Shown here: in pieces, positions 49,285-61,997 of the stretch
Layout: each line of letters starts with the position of its first letter
How positions within the stretch are numbered: position 1 is the first letter of the stretch
DNA from: Haliotis cracherodii
Taxonomy: Eukaryota
Direction: 5' to 3'
Length of the DNA: 64,000 nt
Assembly (NCBI RefSeq): GCF_022045235.1
Contig: NW_027266286.1
Location: 1,255,856 to 1,319,855 of the forward strand
Notes under the pieces: model-generated
Databases searched by the model: none
Seen by the model: only the letters and a program-made list of their open reading frames with translations
What the model was told of the DNA's origin: nothing
Program-made: the position numbers and the translations under genes

Positions 49285-50340
49285 TGAACAACATGAGACA
49301 TCATGGGACAACATAGGACAAGATTGGACAACATAGGACAAGATTGGACAACATAGGACAAGATTGGACAACATAGGACAAGATGGGACAACACAGAACA
49401 AGATTGGACAACATAGGACAAGATTGGACAACATAGGACAAGATTGGACAACATAGGACAACATAGGATGGTGACCGGGAGGGAGTGTGTGAGTGAGGGG
49501 ATTAAGTTTCATGCTGATCATGTCTGTGTTGTGAGTGGATTGTCAAATTAATGTGGGAAGAAACTACTAATGTGAGTCAAAGAAACTACTGATGTGAGTC
49601 AAGGAAACTACTGAAGTGAGTCAAGGAAACTACTGAAGTGAGTCAAGGAAACTACTAATGTGAGTCAAGGAAACTACTGATGTGAGTCAAGGAAACTACT
49701 GATGTGAGTCAAGGAAACTACTAATGTGAGTCAAGGAAACTACTGAAGTGAGTCAAGGAAACTACTGAAGTGAGTCAAGGAAACTACTGATGTGAGTCAA
49801 GGAAACTACTGATGTGAGTCAAGGAAACTACTGAAGTGAGTCAAGGAAACTACTGAAGTGAGTCAAGGAAACTACTGATGTGAGTCAAGGAAACTACTGA
49901 TGTGAGTCAAGGAAACTACTGATGTGAGTCAAGGAAACTACTGAAGTGAGTCAAGGAAACTACTGATGTGAGTCAAGGAAACTACTGATGTGAGTCAAGG
50001 AAACTACTGATGTGAGTCAACATCAGGCAATGGTAGGGGCTTTAATATCAGGCAATGGTAGGGGCTTCAATATCACTTATCAGGTAATAGTAGGGGCTTC
50101 AACATCAGGCAATGGTAGAGGCTTCAATATCAGGCAATGGTAGGGGCTTCAATATCAGGCAATGGTAGGGGCTTCAATATCAGGCATTGGTAGGGGCTTC
50201 AATATCAGGCAATGGTAGGGGCTTCAATATCAGGCAATGGTAGGGGCTTCAATATCAGGCAATGGTAGGGGCTTCAATATCACTTATCGGGCAATGGTAG
50301 GGGCTTCAATATCAGGCAATGGTTGGGACTTCAATATCAG
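49285..50340. repeat. Three consecutive 30-bp minisatellites: gattggacaacataggacaa about 6 units at 49285-49460, tgagtcaaggaaactactgatg about 15 units at 49560-50020, and atcaggcaatggtaggggcttcaat about 10 units at 50020-50340.
   Basis: Direct periodicity. Confidence 0.9.
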
Positions 50341-50486
50341 GCAATGGTAGAGTTGGCACAAATTTCATACACAGAGTTGGGCTTATCTGACAACTGAGAG
50401 TTATTCACGGTCTCATTTGATCACTGGTACTTGACTAACAACAGACCCACATCCCAGAAGAAGAACATAATCATCATCTTGCTTAC

Positions 50487-50629
50487 TTCAAACACGGCAT
50501 GTTTTGCAACTTCATATTTGTCTTCATCAAAGAACGGCGCCTTGTTGTCCCCATACTGCCATACTTTAACCCCCTTGATGCCAAAGATGGACTTGGTCTT
50601 CTTCCTCTGCTCAGTCTTTGGCTGGAGCG
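50487..50629 (-). CDS. PARP4: PARP4-like exon 3 (LQPKTEQRKKTKSIFGIKGVKVWQYGDNKAPFFDEDKYEVAKHAVFE).
   Basis: Acceptor ccag|CG, donor GAA|gtaagc. Phase continues from the previous exon (G+CG). DEDKYEVAKHAVFE resembles human PQDFEVAKYNTLEK. Confidence 0.7.
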
Positions 50630-50867
50630 CTGGAATCAAGGGTTAACATCCATATTTACAACACTAAAATACAAACATCATCATTTCTAGTAATCTAAAC
50701 TTCGATTTACATTTATTCAACTCAGTGACTACACACAGAGCATCATCAACTGTCCAGGGTATTCTATCTCATTTGCTTCCACAACTTTGTTTTAAGTCTA
50801 ATTCAAATAACATGATGTTAAAAATAGGTGTCTTATAAATTTACACTCATGAGTGTATATTAGTGAC

Positions 50868-51040
50868 AAGCGTGAGAGAGTCTGGTTTTACAGCGCTTTT
50901 AGCAATATTCCAGCCATATCACGGTGGGGGACACCAGAAATGGGCTTCACACATTATACCCCTCTGGGGAATCAAACCCGGGACTTCAGCATGATGAGCA
51001 AACGCTTTAACCACCAGACTACCCCATCACCCCAGTGACA
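50868..51040 (-). mobile_element. SINE family A copy.
   Basis: Sequence identity to the other family A copies. Confidence 0.75.
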
Positions 51041-51143
51041 CGAGAGATAGAAAGATGGCCTCACTTCAGAATAAAGTTTTGGTGACTAAAGCTTTCTGGT
51101 CACTCATGCTAGTTGATTCAATGGACAATGGAATAATTTTAAC

Positions 51144-51342
51144 CTGTAATTTTCCCTGACTTGAAATCCGATGTCTTGCTCCTCCCTCCAATGATGTACT
51201 CGTCAGTGAGAGGCAGTTTGCCATGTTTAATGGCGTCTGACACATACTCAGGGGAGACAACTGGAATGTGGTATTTGACAGCCATCCTACATTTTGATGA
51301 CACATCAAACTTCTCTGGATCATTTCCAACGACATGGGTTGT
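51144..51342 (-). CDS. PARP4: PARP4-like exon 2, BRCT domain (TTHVVGNDPEKFDVSSKCRMAVKYHIPVVSPEYVSDAIKHGKLPLTDEYIIGGRSKTSDFKSGKIT).
   Basis: Acceptor cttacttgacgcag|ACA, donor ACAG|gttaaa (phase 1). Aligns with human CTHIILDNADVLSQYQLNSIQKNHVHIANPDFIWKSIREKRLLDVKNYDPYKP. Confidence 0.7.
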
Positions 51343-51825
51343 CTGCGTCAAGTAAGAAGGAATATTGTAATTTAACAGAAAATGTAAAAAATCTGCTACA
51401 ACAGAGATAACATCTGCAACCACACTGAAAGTAATTACTTAGTTTGCAATCAAGTCCAGATGTTTTAGATAAGACAAGATTATGAAGATAAGACTTGAAG
51501 GGAAATTCATATTGCACAGTTGATTAGCAAATATATTATATAAAAATATGCACATAAGAAAATATGACACTTACTAATAAGCGCATTATCCACTTGATAC
51601 TTTTAATTATGCCTTATGCTCGGGTACGCACTACACTCCAGAAAGTATGGTACATGGCCTGATAATTTTATAAAAATTCTTGAAGAGTTTTAGATCAACT
51701 TTGATGAAATAAATATATGTACATATATGTTAATGTTTCCAATCTTTAAGTCAACTTGTTGGCTCCATCATACTACCCAGAATTCCATCAAGTCTATTTT
51801 TGTTTATGTCCAGCCAGGACAGTAC

Positions 51826-51954
51826 CTTTTTTGTGACGATGAAAGAAACAATGCCCCCGTTGTCCAGTATCTTCTTCTTTATCTCAACTTTCTTCTTGAA
51901 GCTGACGCTTGTTGTGAGATCGAGGGCAATCACACACGTAGAGAAGACACCCAT
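51826..51954 (-). CDS. PARP4: PARP4-like exon 1. Starts at ATG 51952-51954, encodes MGVFSTCVIALDLTTSVSFKKKVEIKKKILDNGGIVSFIVTKK (BRCT N-terminal part), donor AAG|gtactg.
   Basis: Kozak-like caacATGG. Resembles human PARP4 N-terminus (MVMGIFANCIFCLKVKYL..KKKLQTDIKENGGKFSFSL). Phase matches the next exon. Confidence 0.7.
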
Positions 51955-52494
51955 GTTGCCCTAGCTGAAGCAGACGTGATTACAGCCATCAGTACACATC
52001 TTCCTCATCCTACAGAGGGCACGAGTGGCCCAGTCAGTGGTGCTGCAATTTGCTGTGCAGAGTTGCGTCCCTTAGGCACGCAAGACACCCATTACCATAT
52101 TCACTGTAATAAGCGTCCTGCGCTTTTATTAAAACCGTAAGAAATGTGTTAAATTTGTTGTCTGTCATTAAGCCGTAAAGAACAAACATGCTTCAAATGA
52201 AACTGAAACGTTTGTGATAATAACTACAAGGCTATTGTATACCCTTAGTCAGTCATATCGAGTTCCAAGTTTAGCAAGAGGGACTTATAATGATCACTTA
52301 CAGATTGGTGTAAAAGTTGGACAGGGGGCACTTAATGGGGCGGGGTGCTTAATAGAGTGAATATGGTATCATGGGTTCGAATCCCAGAATCACTCGTATT
52401 GTGTTTCTAGGCTGGTCAGCAGCATATCCGTGCTTGTGGGTTTCACTACAGTGGTAAATATCTAATATCACTTTTAGCTCTCCTCCCACATGAA

Positions 52495-55400
52495 GCTGAC
52501 AAAGGTCAGGTAGTATGTAGAGTCTATTGTATGTAGAATCTGTAGTATGTAGAGTCTGTAGTATGTAGTATGTAGACTCTATAGTATGTAGTATGTAGAC
52601 TCTGTAGTATGTAGAATCTGTAGTATGTAGAGTCTGTAGTATGTAGTATGTAGAGTCTGTAGTATGTAGTATGTAGAGTTTGTTGTATGTAGAGTCTGTT
52701 GTATGTAGAGTCTGTAGTATGTAGACTCTGTAGTATGTAGAATCTGTAGTATGTAGAGTCTGTAGTATGTAGTATGTAGAGTCTGTAGTATGTAGAGTCT
52801 GTAGTATGTAGTATGTAGACTCTGTAGTATGTAGAATCTGTAGTATGTAGAGTGTAGAGTCTGTTGTATGTAGAGTCTGTAGTATGTAGAGTTTGTAATA
52901 TGTAGAGTCTGTAGTATGTAGTATGTAGAGTCTGTAGTATGTAGAGTCTGTAGTATGTAGAGTCTGTAGTATGTAGTATGTAGAGTCTGTAGTATGTAGA
53001 CTGTAGTATGTAGTATGTAGAGTCTGTAGTATGTAGTATGTAGAGTCTGTAGTATGTAGACTCTGTAGTATGTAGTATGTAGAGTCTGTAGTATGTAGTA
53101 TGTAGACTGTAGTATGTAGACTCTGTAGTATGTAGTATGTAGAGTCTGTAGTATGTAGTATGTACACTGTAGTATGTAGTATGTAGTATGTAGTCTGTAG
53201 TATGTAGTATGTAGAGTCTGTAGTATGTACTATGTAGACTGTAGTATGTACTATGTAGAGTCTGTAGTATGTAGTATGTAGAGTCTGTAGTATGTACTAT
53301 GTAGACTGTAGTATGTACTATGTAGACTCTGTAGTATGTAGTATGTAGAGTCTGTACTATGTAGAGTCTGTAGTATGTAGTATGTAGAGTCTGTACTATG
53401 TAGAGTCTGTAGTATGTAGTATGTAGAGTCTGTAGTATGTAGAGTTTGTAGTATGTACTATGTAGACTGTAGTATGTACTATGTAGAGTCTGTAGTATGT
53501 AGTATGTAGAGTCTGTAGTATGTACTATGTAGACTGTAGTATGTACTATGTAGACTCTGTAGTATGTAGTATGTAGAGTCTGTACTATGTAGAGTCTGTA
53601 GTATGTAGTATGTAGAGTCTGTACTATGTAGAGTCTGTAGTATGTAGTATGTAGAGTCTGTAGTATGTAGAGTCTGTAGTATGTAGTATGTAGAGTCTGT
53701 AGTATGCACTATGTAGACTGTAGTATGTACTATGTAGAGTCTGTAGTATGTAGAGTCTGTAGTATGTACTATGTAGACTGTAGTATGTACTATGTAGAGT
53801 CTGTAGTATGTAGTATGTAGAGTCTGTACTATGTAGAGTCTGTAGTATGTAGTATGTAGAGTCTGTACTATGTAGAGTCTGTAGTATGTAGTATGTAGAG
53901 TCTGTAGTATGTAGTATGTAGACTCTGTAGTATGTAGTATGTAGAGTCTGTAGTATGTAGTATGTAGACTGTAGTATGTAGAATCTGTAGTATGTAGTAT
54001 GTAGAGTCTGTTGTATGTAGAGTCTGTAGTATGTAGTATGTAGAGTCTGTAGTATGTAGTATGTAGACTGTAGTATGTAGAGTCTGTAGTATGTACTATG
54101 TAGAGTCTGTTGTATGTAGAGTCTGTAGTATGTAGTATGTAGAGTCTGTAGTATGTACTATGTAGACTGTAGTATGTACTATGTAGAGTCTGTAGTATGT
54201 AATATGTTGAGTCTGTAGTATGTACTATGTAGACTGTAGTATGTAGTATGTAGACTCTGTAGTATGTAGTATGTAGAGTCTGTAGTATGTAGAGTGTAGA
54301 GTCTGTTGTATGTAGAGTCTGTAGTATGTAGTATGTAGAGTCTGTAGTATGTACCATGTAGAGTCTGTAGTATGTAGAATCTGTAGTATGTACTATGTAG
54401 AGTCTGTAGTATGTACTATGTAGAGTCTGTAGTATGTAGAGTCTGTAGTATGTACTATGTAGACTCTGTAGTATGTACTATGTAGAGTCTGTAGTATGTA
54501 GTATGTAGAGTCTGTAGTATGTACTATGTAGAGTCTGTAGTATGTAGCATGTAGAGTCTGTAGTATGTAGAGTCTGTAGTATGTACTATGTAGAGTCTGT
54601 AGTATGTAGTATGTAGACTCTGTAGTATGTAGTATGTAGAATCTGTAGTATGTAGAATCTGTAGTATGTACTATGTAGAGTCTGTAGTATGTACTATGTA
54701 GAGTCTGTAGTATGTAGTATGTAGACTCTGTAGTATGTAGTATGTAGAGTCTGTAGTATGTACTATGTAGACTCTGTAGTATGTAGAATCTGTTGTATGT
54801 AGAGTCTGTACTATGTAGAGTCTGTAGTATGTACTATGTAAAGTCTGTAATATGTAGTATGTAGAGTCTGTAGTATGTACTATGTAGACTCTGTAGTATG
54901 TAGAATCTGTAGTATGTACTATGTAGAGTCTGTAGTATGTACTATGTAGAGTCTGTAGTATGTAGTATGTAGACTCTGTAGTATGTAGTATGTAGAGTCT
55001 GTAGTATGTACTATGTAGACTCTGTAGTATGTAGAATCTGTTGTATGTAGAGTCTGTACTATGTAGAGTCTGTAGTATGTACTATGTAGAGTCTGTAATA
55101 TGTAGTATGTAGAGTCTGTAGTATGTACTATGTAGACTCTGTAGTATGTAGAATCTGTAGTATGAAGAGTCTGTAGTATGTAGAGTCTGTAGTATGTACT
55201 ATGTAGAGTCTGTAGTATGTAGTATGTAGAGTCTGTAGTATGTACTATGTAGAGTCTGTAATATGTAGTATGTAAAGTCTGTAGTATGTACTATGTAGAA
55301 TCTGTAGTATGAAGAGTCTGTAGTATGAAGAGTCTGTAGTATGTACTATGTAGAGTCTGTAGTATGTAGTATGTAAAGTCTGTAGTATGTACTATGTAGA

Positions 55401-55855
55401 GTCTGTAGTATGTACTATGTAGAGTCTGTAGTATGTACTATGTAGAGTCTGTAGTATGTACTATGTAGAGTCTGTAGTATGTAGTATGTAGACTGTAGTA
55501 TGTAGAGTCTGTAGTATGTAGTATGTAGACTGTAGTATGTAGACTGTAGTATGTAGTATGTAGACTCTGTAGTATGTAGTATGTAGACTCTGTAGTATGT
55601 AGAGTCTGTAGTATGTAGACTGTAGTATGTAGACTCTGTAGTATGTAGAGTCTGTAGTATGTAGTATGTAGACTGTAGTATGTAGTATGTAGAGTCTGTA
55701 GTATGTAGTATGTAGACTGTAGTATGTAGACTGTAGAATGTAGTATGTAGAGTCTGTAGTATGTAGTATGTAGAGTCTGTAGTATGTAGTATGTAGAGTC
55801 TGTAGTATGTACTATGTAGAGTCTGTAGTATGTACTATGTACTATAGTCCTATTG
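52495..55855. repeat. About 3.3-kb satellite array of variable 21-30-bp units built from gtagtatgtagagtctgtagtatgtactat, located 0.5 kb upstream of the PARP4-like start codon.
   Basis: Direct periodicity. ORFs at 52349-54357 are artefacts. Confidence 0.95.
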
Positions 55856-56239
55856 CAATTAAATACATTTGGAATTTGAGCAGTCCTATAAAGTTTCTAT
55901 CAAGTCATAAAACAAATTTCATCTCTCTGCTTTAACACATGGTATTATTTTTATCAATCTAGCAGTTACCAATTCCCCTCAGTTTGTAGTGCCAATGTCT
56001 TGACCCAGACTTGCACCATAGAGCCTTGTCCCTCTGTGTTTCCTGCACGACCATGTTTCCCTACTAGAAGCCCTGTACCTACAAGCTGCTTCTGACAAAC
56101 AAGCCAGGTCAGGCAAAGAGGAAATGAATGATCCTTTTCAGACACCAAATAATGAAGTTCACCAGTGCTGCACTGTGCATGAAGAACGAGACAACGGGTG
56201 TCAAACAAACATTCCTTATAGTGTGCCAAGAAACAATGT

Positions 56240-56410
56240 GTGAGTTTGGTTTTACACAGCTTTCAGCAATATTCCAGCATTATTACAGCGGGGGACACCA
56301 GAAATGGGCTTCACACATTGTACCCATGTGGGGAATCGAACCGGGTCTTCGGTGTGACGAGGAACCACATTAACCACTAGGCTACGAGTGAGTGAGTGAG
56401 TGAGCGAGTG
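56240..56410 (-). mobile_element. SINE family A copy with a long (GAGT)n tail.
   Basis: Sequence identity to the other family A copies. Confidence 0.75.
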
Positions 56411-57291
56411 AGTGAGTGAGGTTTTAAATTTGTAACTGACACCTTCTGCAGACTCGGGGTCGAGTATCAGCCTCTGAGTAGGTCCAGACAAATCCATGTA
56501 CACATAAAAAGAAAAGACCTAAATCCTGCTGTGTGACCTGAATGGCACAAGTTCTGCTCCAGTCAGTGTTCACACATATTCCCGAGGAAAGAGAGTTAAC
56601 TGACTATAAAAGTCTAGTTTCCAACCTTGCCAAATTAGGCTGGTATAATGGAGTTACATTTTGGCTGGACTAACGAGTCTATGCATAGTTTAAACAAAAT
56701 TGCCCAACAAAATCCAAATCCGGTTCATAAACTGTCATGCAGTTTTCGGTCGATTGCAGAATTTGCAAAGCATGTGCGTTGTCAACAGATCTTTTCTAAA
56801 TCTTTTCATGTTTTTAATCAAGATGCTCACATGATTTGATGCACTTCGCTATATAAGACTTGTTTTATCACAACATAGATCTTGATTATCGATCAGATCG
56901 TATTGACTGGGCGCCGCCATTTTGTTTGAAGAAAATGCAAGTGTTACGAGAGGTTGAATCTTATTGGTCCATAGGAGAGGCATGGAAGGGACATAACTCG
57001 TAATAGCCACAAGTGGCGCTACGATCGAGTCAAGGAAGTCCAGCCTAGTTCGGCAAGGGTGGAAACTGGACTTTTATAGTCAATTAACTCACTTGCCTCA
57101 GGAAGATGGGTACTTACAGCTGACATGCTTTTAACCATAACAACAGTTCTTCTTTCAGTAACTTGTACAGTGGCGCCAATTTTATTGACAGGTTTTCTAA
57201 AACACTACCATAGTAGTTCACCCTAACCATAATCTGAGATATCACTGTGGTTACTTGGAGAAGAGTCATCCTTCAAAGCTGAGTCCTCATC

Positions 57292-57801
57292 CTAAGTAGT
57301 GAATGCCTTGAGTCCCAGCTCAGTAACGCGAGGTACCTTTAACTCACATTTCAACCTCATGAGTTGAACACCATAGCTCTCCAGGTGGCTCGTGAATGTC
57401 TCTATGATACGATCGTGATCAGCCTTTTCTATTCCTCGTATCAGGATATCATCCAAGTTACACATAACACACTCTTTACCCTGTAAAATCTGGTCCATCG
57501 TCTTTGGGAATATGGCAGGTGCAGTGGGAACTCCATACATCTTTACCTTGTACAATCCACAGCGTGTATTAATGGTAAGGAAGACTTGTGCGTCCGGATC
57601 TAACTCCAGCTGTTGGTTAGCATGTGAAAGGTCCAACTTTGTGAACGCTTCTCTGTAGAATGCTTCTGGAGTAAAGGAAACAACAGCTCCTGTGTCCATG
57701 TCAATTTTGAGTGATTGGTTTTCAAGAAGATATGTAGCTTGGCATGCTTTGGACCCAGCATTTACAGCTGAATATACATAAAATAGGTCAAGGCCATTCA
57801 A
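57292..57801 (-). mobile_element. LTR-retrotransposon (Ty3/gypsy-like) reverse-transcriptase fragment: ..FTKLDLSHANQQLELDPDAQVFLTINTRCGLYKVKMYGVPTAPAIF..CVMCNLDDILIRG..HDRIIETFTSHLESYGVQLMRLKCELKVPRVTELGL.
   Basis: RT motifs FxKLDLxxxYHQ, FGLxNAPAxF, YxDDILI and KCxF. No LTRs or other pol domains detected nearby, so this is a decayed fragment. Confidence 0.7.
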
Positions 57802-58894
57802 ATCCTAAGTTATTCCAAGGTCACCCCGATCGTCTACACTATCCACTTGTTCACCCACAAACAAGTTTATCAGGAAGCACTTCATTCTGAAAAGCAATGA
57901 CATCACACGTGCTAGCCAAATGACATCGCTCAACAACATAGACTGCAACAGCTTCCCCTACTTCTTGGTCTCATTTCCAAAACTGGTATCTCTCAGCAAT
58001 CATCGATTGCAATGGCTTAGGGCAGTATTTTTCCAACCTGCGACTAGTTCTACATACGTCCTTGTTGACGGTTTATCAGACAAGAGAAGGCTTCTTAAAA
58101 CCCTGTATAGCTCGGCTCCTGCAACACTGAGAAACGTTTCTCTGGGTTGTCTACGGAATTCCCCTCCATAAACTGGTCCAAACACTCAATGTAGCACTCA
58201 CAAGTTTCCCTTACGGGTGAGAAAGCATCCTTGCATCTATCAATGCCATGTCAGCCTGATCCTTGTCCGGCATTTGAAGAGAGTACCCAGGGTTACTCAA
58301 CACACAACCCAAGTGAAAGATGGCGGTCCAAATGCACTTGTATTTTCACAAAGTTCTGCCGTGCTTGGCCAGGGGAAATAACTCTAATTCCAATATGCGG
58401 TAATATTTACCAAACAACATGACACAAGGGAATTTCTGGAACCAGTTGTGGGGACATGATGATCCCTTCATAAGATTTGTTTGTTTGTTTGTTTGTTTGT
58501 TTGTTTGTTGTTTAATGCCACACTCAGCAATATTCCAGCTATATGACAACGGTCTGTAAATAATCAAGTCTGGACCAGACAATCCAGTGACTGATATCAT
58601 GAGCATCGATCCACGCAAAAGGGATACGATGACATGCATCAACCAAGTCAGCGAGTCTGACCACCCCATCCCATTAGTCGCCTCTTATGACCAGCATAGT
58701 CTCCTTTTAGGGCAAGCAAGGGTTGCAGAAGACCGTATTCTACCCCGGATCTTCACAGGGTTTGTTCATGAGAACAACTTGTGCTGGCCCTATGTAATCA
58801 GTGCAGTGGCGATGTCCCCCTTAGGTGTCAGGAGGGGAAAGATATATGCCGACTGACCAGCAGAAGCTGTGGCTGTCATATTAACATGAACTGA

Positions 58895-59300
58895 TCATGC
58901 AGATGTAGCGGCCATAAAATTTTCGAGTCCCTTGATGGGATTCGAGCAGAGGTCGGACACCTTGTCTACATGACCAAAGATGTTAACCCCATCAGCAAGC
59001 TGACAAGGTAAGGATGTCATCTGTGGGATGACTCCATGCCCTGATACATACTCCCCCGTCAACAGAAGGCACGTCTCGGGGCGCATAGTATGGTACTGAG
59101 GCTTATCTTGCTCAAATTTAATATGAACATGCTCAGCCCCACGTTGGGCGCCAATGTAACGGCCAAAAACTTTACGAGTGCCGTGATGTGATTCGAACCA
59201 ACCACGGACCTTCTGACCAGAGGTCGGACGCCTTGTCCACATGACCAAAGAGGTTAACCCTGTCAGCAAGCAGACAAGGTAAGGATGTCATCTGTGGGAT
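58895..59300. repeat. Two direct copies (58895-59060 and 59130-59300) of a tRNA-related about 130-bp element (..GGTCAGAAGGTCCGTGGTTGGTTCGAATCACATCACGGCA on minus).
   Basis: Two copies at about 85 percent identity with B-box-like GGTTCGAATC. Confidence 0.55.
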
Positions 59301-61536
59301 GACTCCACGCCCTGCTACACAGACACAGAGATCAATAGAGAACTATTACAGGCCAAGCCAGTGACCAACCCAGACACAAACTGAGGCCTGAATGAACATA
59401 ATAACACCGGAATACCTTTATATATAGCTGCACAAATAAGAAATAGAGATATTGAGTGATGTATCCTACAAGGCGGAAGGCAGTGCGTAAGCAGATAATG
59501 TCTCTACATTTTTTTCTTTGCTTTTTGTCACAGCTACGTATTCCTGTGATGATACGGAGACAAAATGTATGTTTCCATTGGCCACTGTTGGCCGATGCAT
59601 GATTTGCTTCTTTTATGAATTTGTGACACAGCATGGCAGAATGTATGACATTTATTGTTGGTGTTAGATTTGCTGAGCTGACTTGTATGAGAACCGTAAC
59701 ATGAATTTGAGAGGGGAGGGTGTACGTCATGATTCATATAGCTGTGTATATACATTGCTCAATACATCATGCAGCTTCTCAGGAAGAGAATTTATGGATG
59801 TCAACTTCTTTATTATGAGGAACACAACGTTTACTGATTAGTGTTGGCTTCCATTTGTCCACTGCTAATCACCTATCAGCGCCAATTATCTGTTGACTTC
59901 CTTGTTAAGTTCAAGCTTTGTTACCTTATTCCATTTGTTGTTCTTAAAATTACAGGTAAATTTTATATATATGTATTTGTTTTCTGCCTCATGGCATTTT
60001 TCACCTGATGAAGGAGTAAGTATATACTCCAAAGCGTTGTGTTCTTCATAATAAAGAAGTTGACATCCATAAATTCTCTTCCTTATGTGTATCACTTCTA
60101 AATGCCTTTCAAAGACTTGATCAGCTTGTATATTGCTCTCTGTGAGAGCGGTTGGGCAACGTATGAACACATTGGAGCTGTTATCGGGCATTTCTCACTA
60201 TTTAAAACTACAAAGGAGATTTCTAATAACAATATATTATTTGATAGTCATAAGTACTAAAACTGATCGTCAGCATATTTCACCTATTGACTTAGATTCT
60301 ACTTCCTATTCCGGAAGGCGAATCTACATTGGAGACTGCTAGAGAAAGTTGTTTATACCTGCTGAATTCCCAACATTCACAATGTCATGTGATACAAAAG
60401 CAGATATATGTTACTGACTGTAGAACAATACCTTTTTTGTCGATGAACAAGTTAAAAGCTAATTGCTTTCATCAAACAACTGCATCATAAGATACCACTT
60501 CATCGAAGCTTCATGCGTAAACATGCTATACATAGTAACATAGTCGATACATACTCCGCTACAGCACTAACAATGTGGTGCAGTGGCATATGTTAATCGG
60601 TTGCCGAACCCTTTTACGCCCCCGAATCCCGGCAGGGAGTTTACATGTATTAACTAATGAGAAAAAAGCATACATTTACTCCGCTATGTACCTTTCAAAA
60701 TGGCGTCTTCTTCAAAGACGAAGCATGGTGATATTGACTGGCTTTATCCTGAATTACTGACGAAAGATGGACTTCTGTATATACTTGAGCAGGTGAAGAT
60801 ATGCGGTTGTGCTTTTATGGCATCTTTAAGTTATCTTTTCCGTTTGCCAATCCTTCTGTGTTAAGGAGACATGAAAAGTTACGCGTGTCGAGAAATGTGC
60901 CATGATCGGTGTGGCTCACACCTTCCAAACATTGCATCAGTCTGGGTAGGCTGAGATCATGTCAGATGTAGGTCTTGGGCTTATACACGAACGTCGATCT
61001 TCTAGGAAGATGGGCGGGCGACCTTGCTTAATGTGGCCTAAGCAATCCAGTTGTAAGCAAGAACTCGGAATGAAGTTGGACCAAGAATTAGTTCGTCTCA
61101 ACTGACAATAATGAGTACTGCATTTACCACTTTTCCTTGTTTACCAGTTGCGCTTTAGTCCCACTTTTAAGATTCAAATTAGGGGAAAGGTGCACTTTTC
61201 AGGGTACAAGACAGTTGGGCAGGTGACCCATAAGTGTTGCCTGCCCATCTTCAAAGTTACCGGCACGCATTCAGACATTCTAAATATTGAAAAATCGCGA
61301 AAAAAGTAGACACACATAGCATCTGGATTACGTTGAAATAATGCAAAACCATCACTTTAGAATCTACAAGGAGTTATGAGTAAGGAATACGTAAGTAGTC
61401 TTAAAATCATCTCCCAGATAGTCAGGCAGGTATAGGAACAATTTATGCAGGAGCACCTTTAGAATACAGTACCACAACTTCTTGTGAGGACGATCTCTGC
61501 CGTAGGTCACATGTCTCAAGACAAGCAACCAGTTTT

Positions 61537-61612
61537 TGTGAGAATCCGTCGGACGCGAACCCGCGACCTTCGGATTGTTAGCCTGACAGCTAACCGACTG
61601 AGCTACGCCCAC
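61537..61612 (-). tRNA. tRNA-like sequence, probable pseudogene or SINE seed. Ile-type backbone (AGCTCAGTCGGTTAGC .. AGGTCGCGGGTTCG) with an AAC (Val-type) anticodon loop CTAACAA and imperfect acceptor and T stems.
   Basis: Minus-strand read GGGCGTAGCTCAGTCGGTTAGCTGTCAGGCTAACAATCCGAAGGTCGCGGGTTCGCGTCCGACGG. A/B-box-like motifs are present but the stems are imperfect and there is no 3' T-run. Confidence 0.4.
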
Positions 61613-61997
61613 ACTGTTAAAATTAGTGCAAATTTACCTAGGCATGCCTATAACGTTACGGAACTGAACGAAAAGGGTCGAATAGGTGACGGACACTTAC
61701 GAAGGTTACGGGTAGGCATGGTGTCTCGTGACTCTAGTCTACGGACACTTACAAATGATCCCGATGCCATTTGGCACACTCGTCCCATTCTGTAATCTAC
61801 AAGATACCGAGTGGTGAGGGATGAGCCGATATGCCGCGAAATGAAAACGGCTCCAGGCGTCAGACGTCGAACTCGCGAGTACGCATGAATGATATGGTAT
61901 TTAATAATTCGTCAGGTTTTTTTTGTGACAGAAAAGTGTGGTAGGGAACACTGTAAGGATAATGTGGATAATAGTGAGGAACGAGGGAGGAATAAGC

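Noticed and set aside
52349-54357. ORFs of 272 and 292 aa made of HTTDSTYYILQTL repeats
   Set aside because: Translations of the 3.3-kb satellite array upstream of PARP4-like.
56375-56410. (GAGT)n run that could be read as an independent microsatellite, with similar runs at 3300-3330, 42480-42510 and 45905-45935
   Set aside because: These are the 3' tails of SINE families A and B on the opposite strand, already covered by those element calls.
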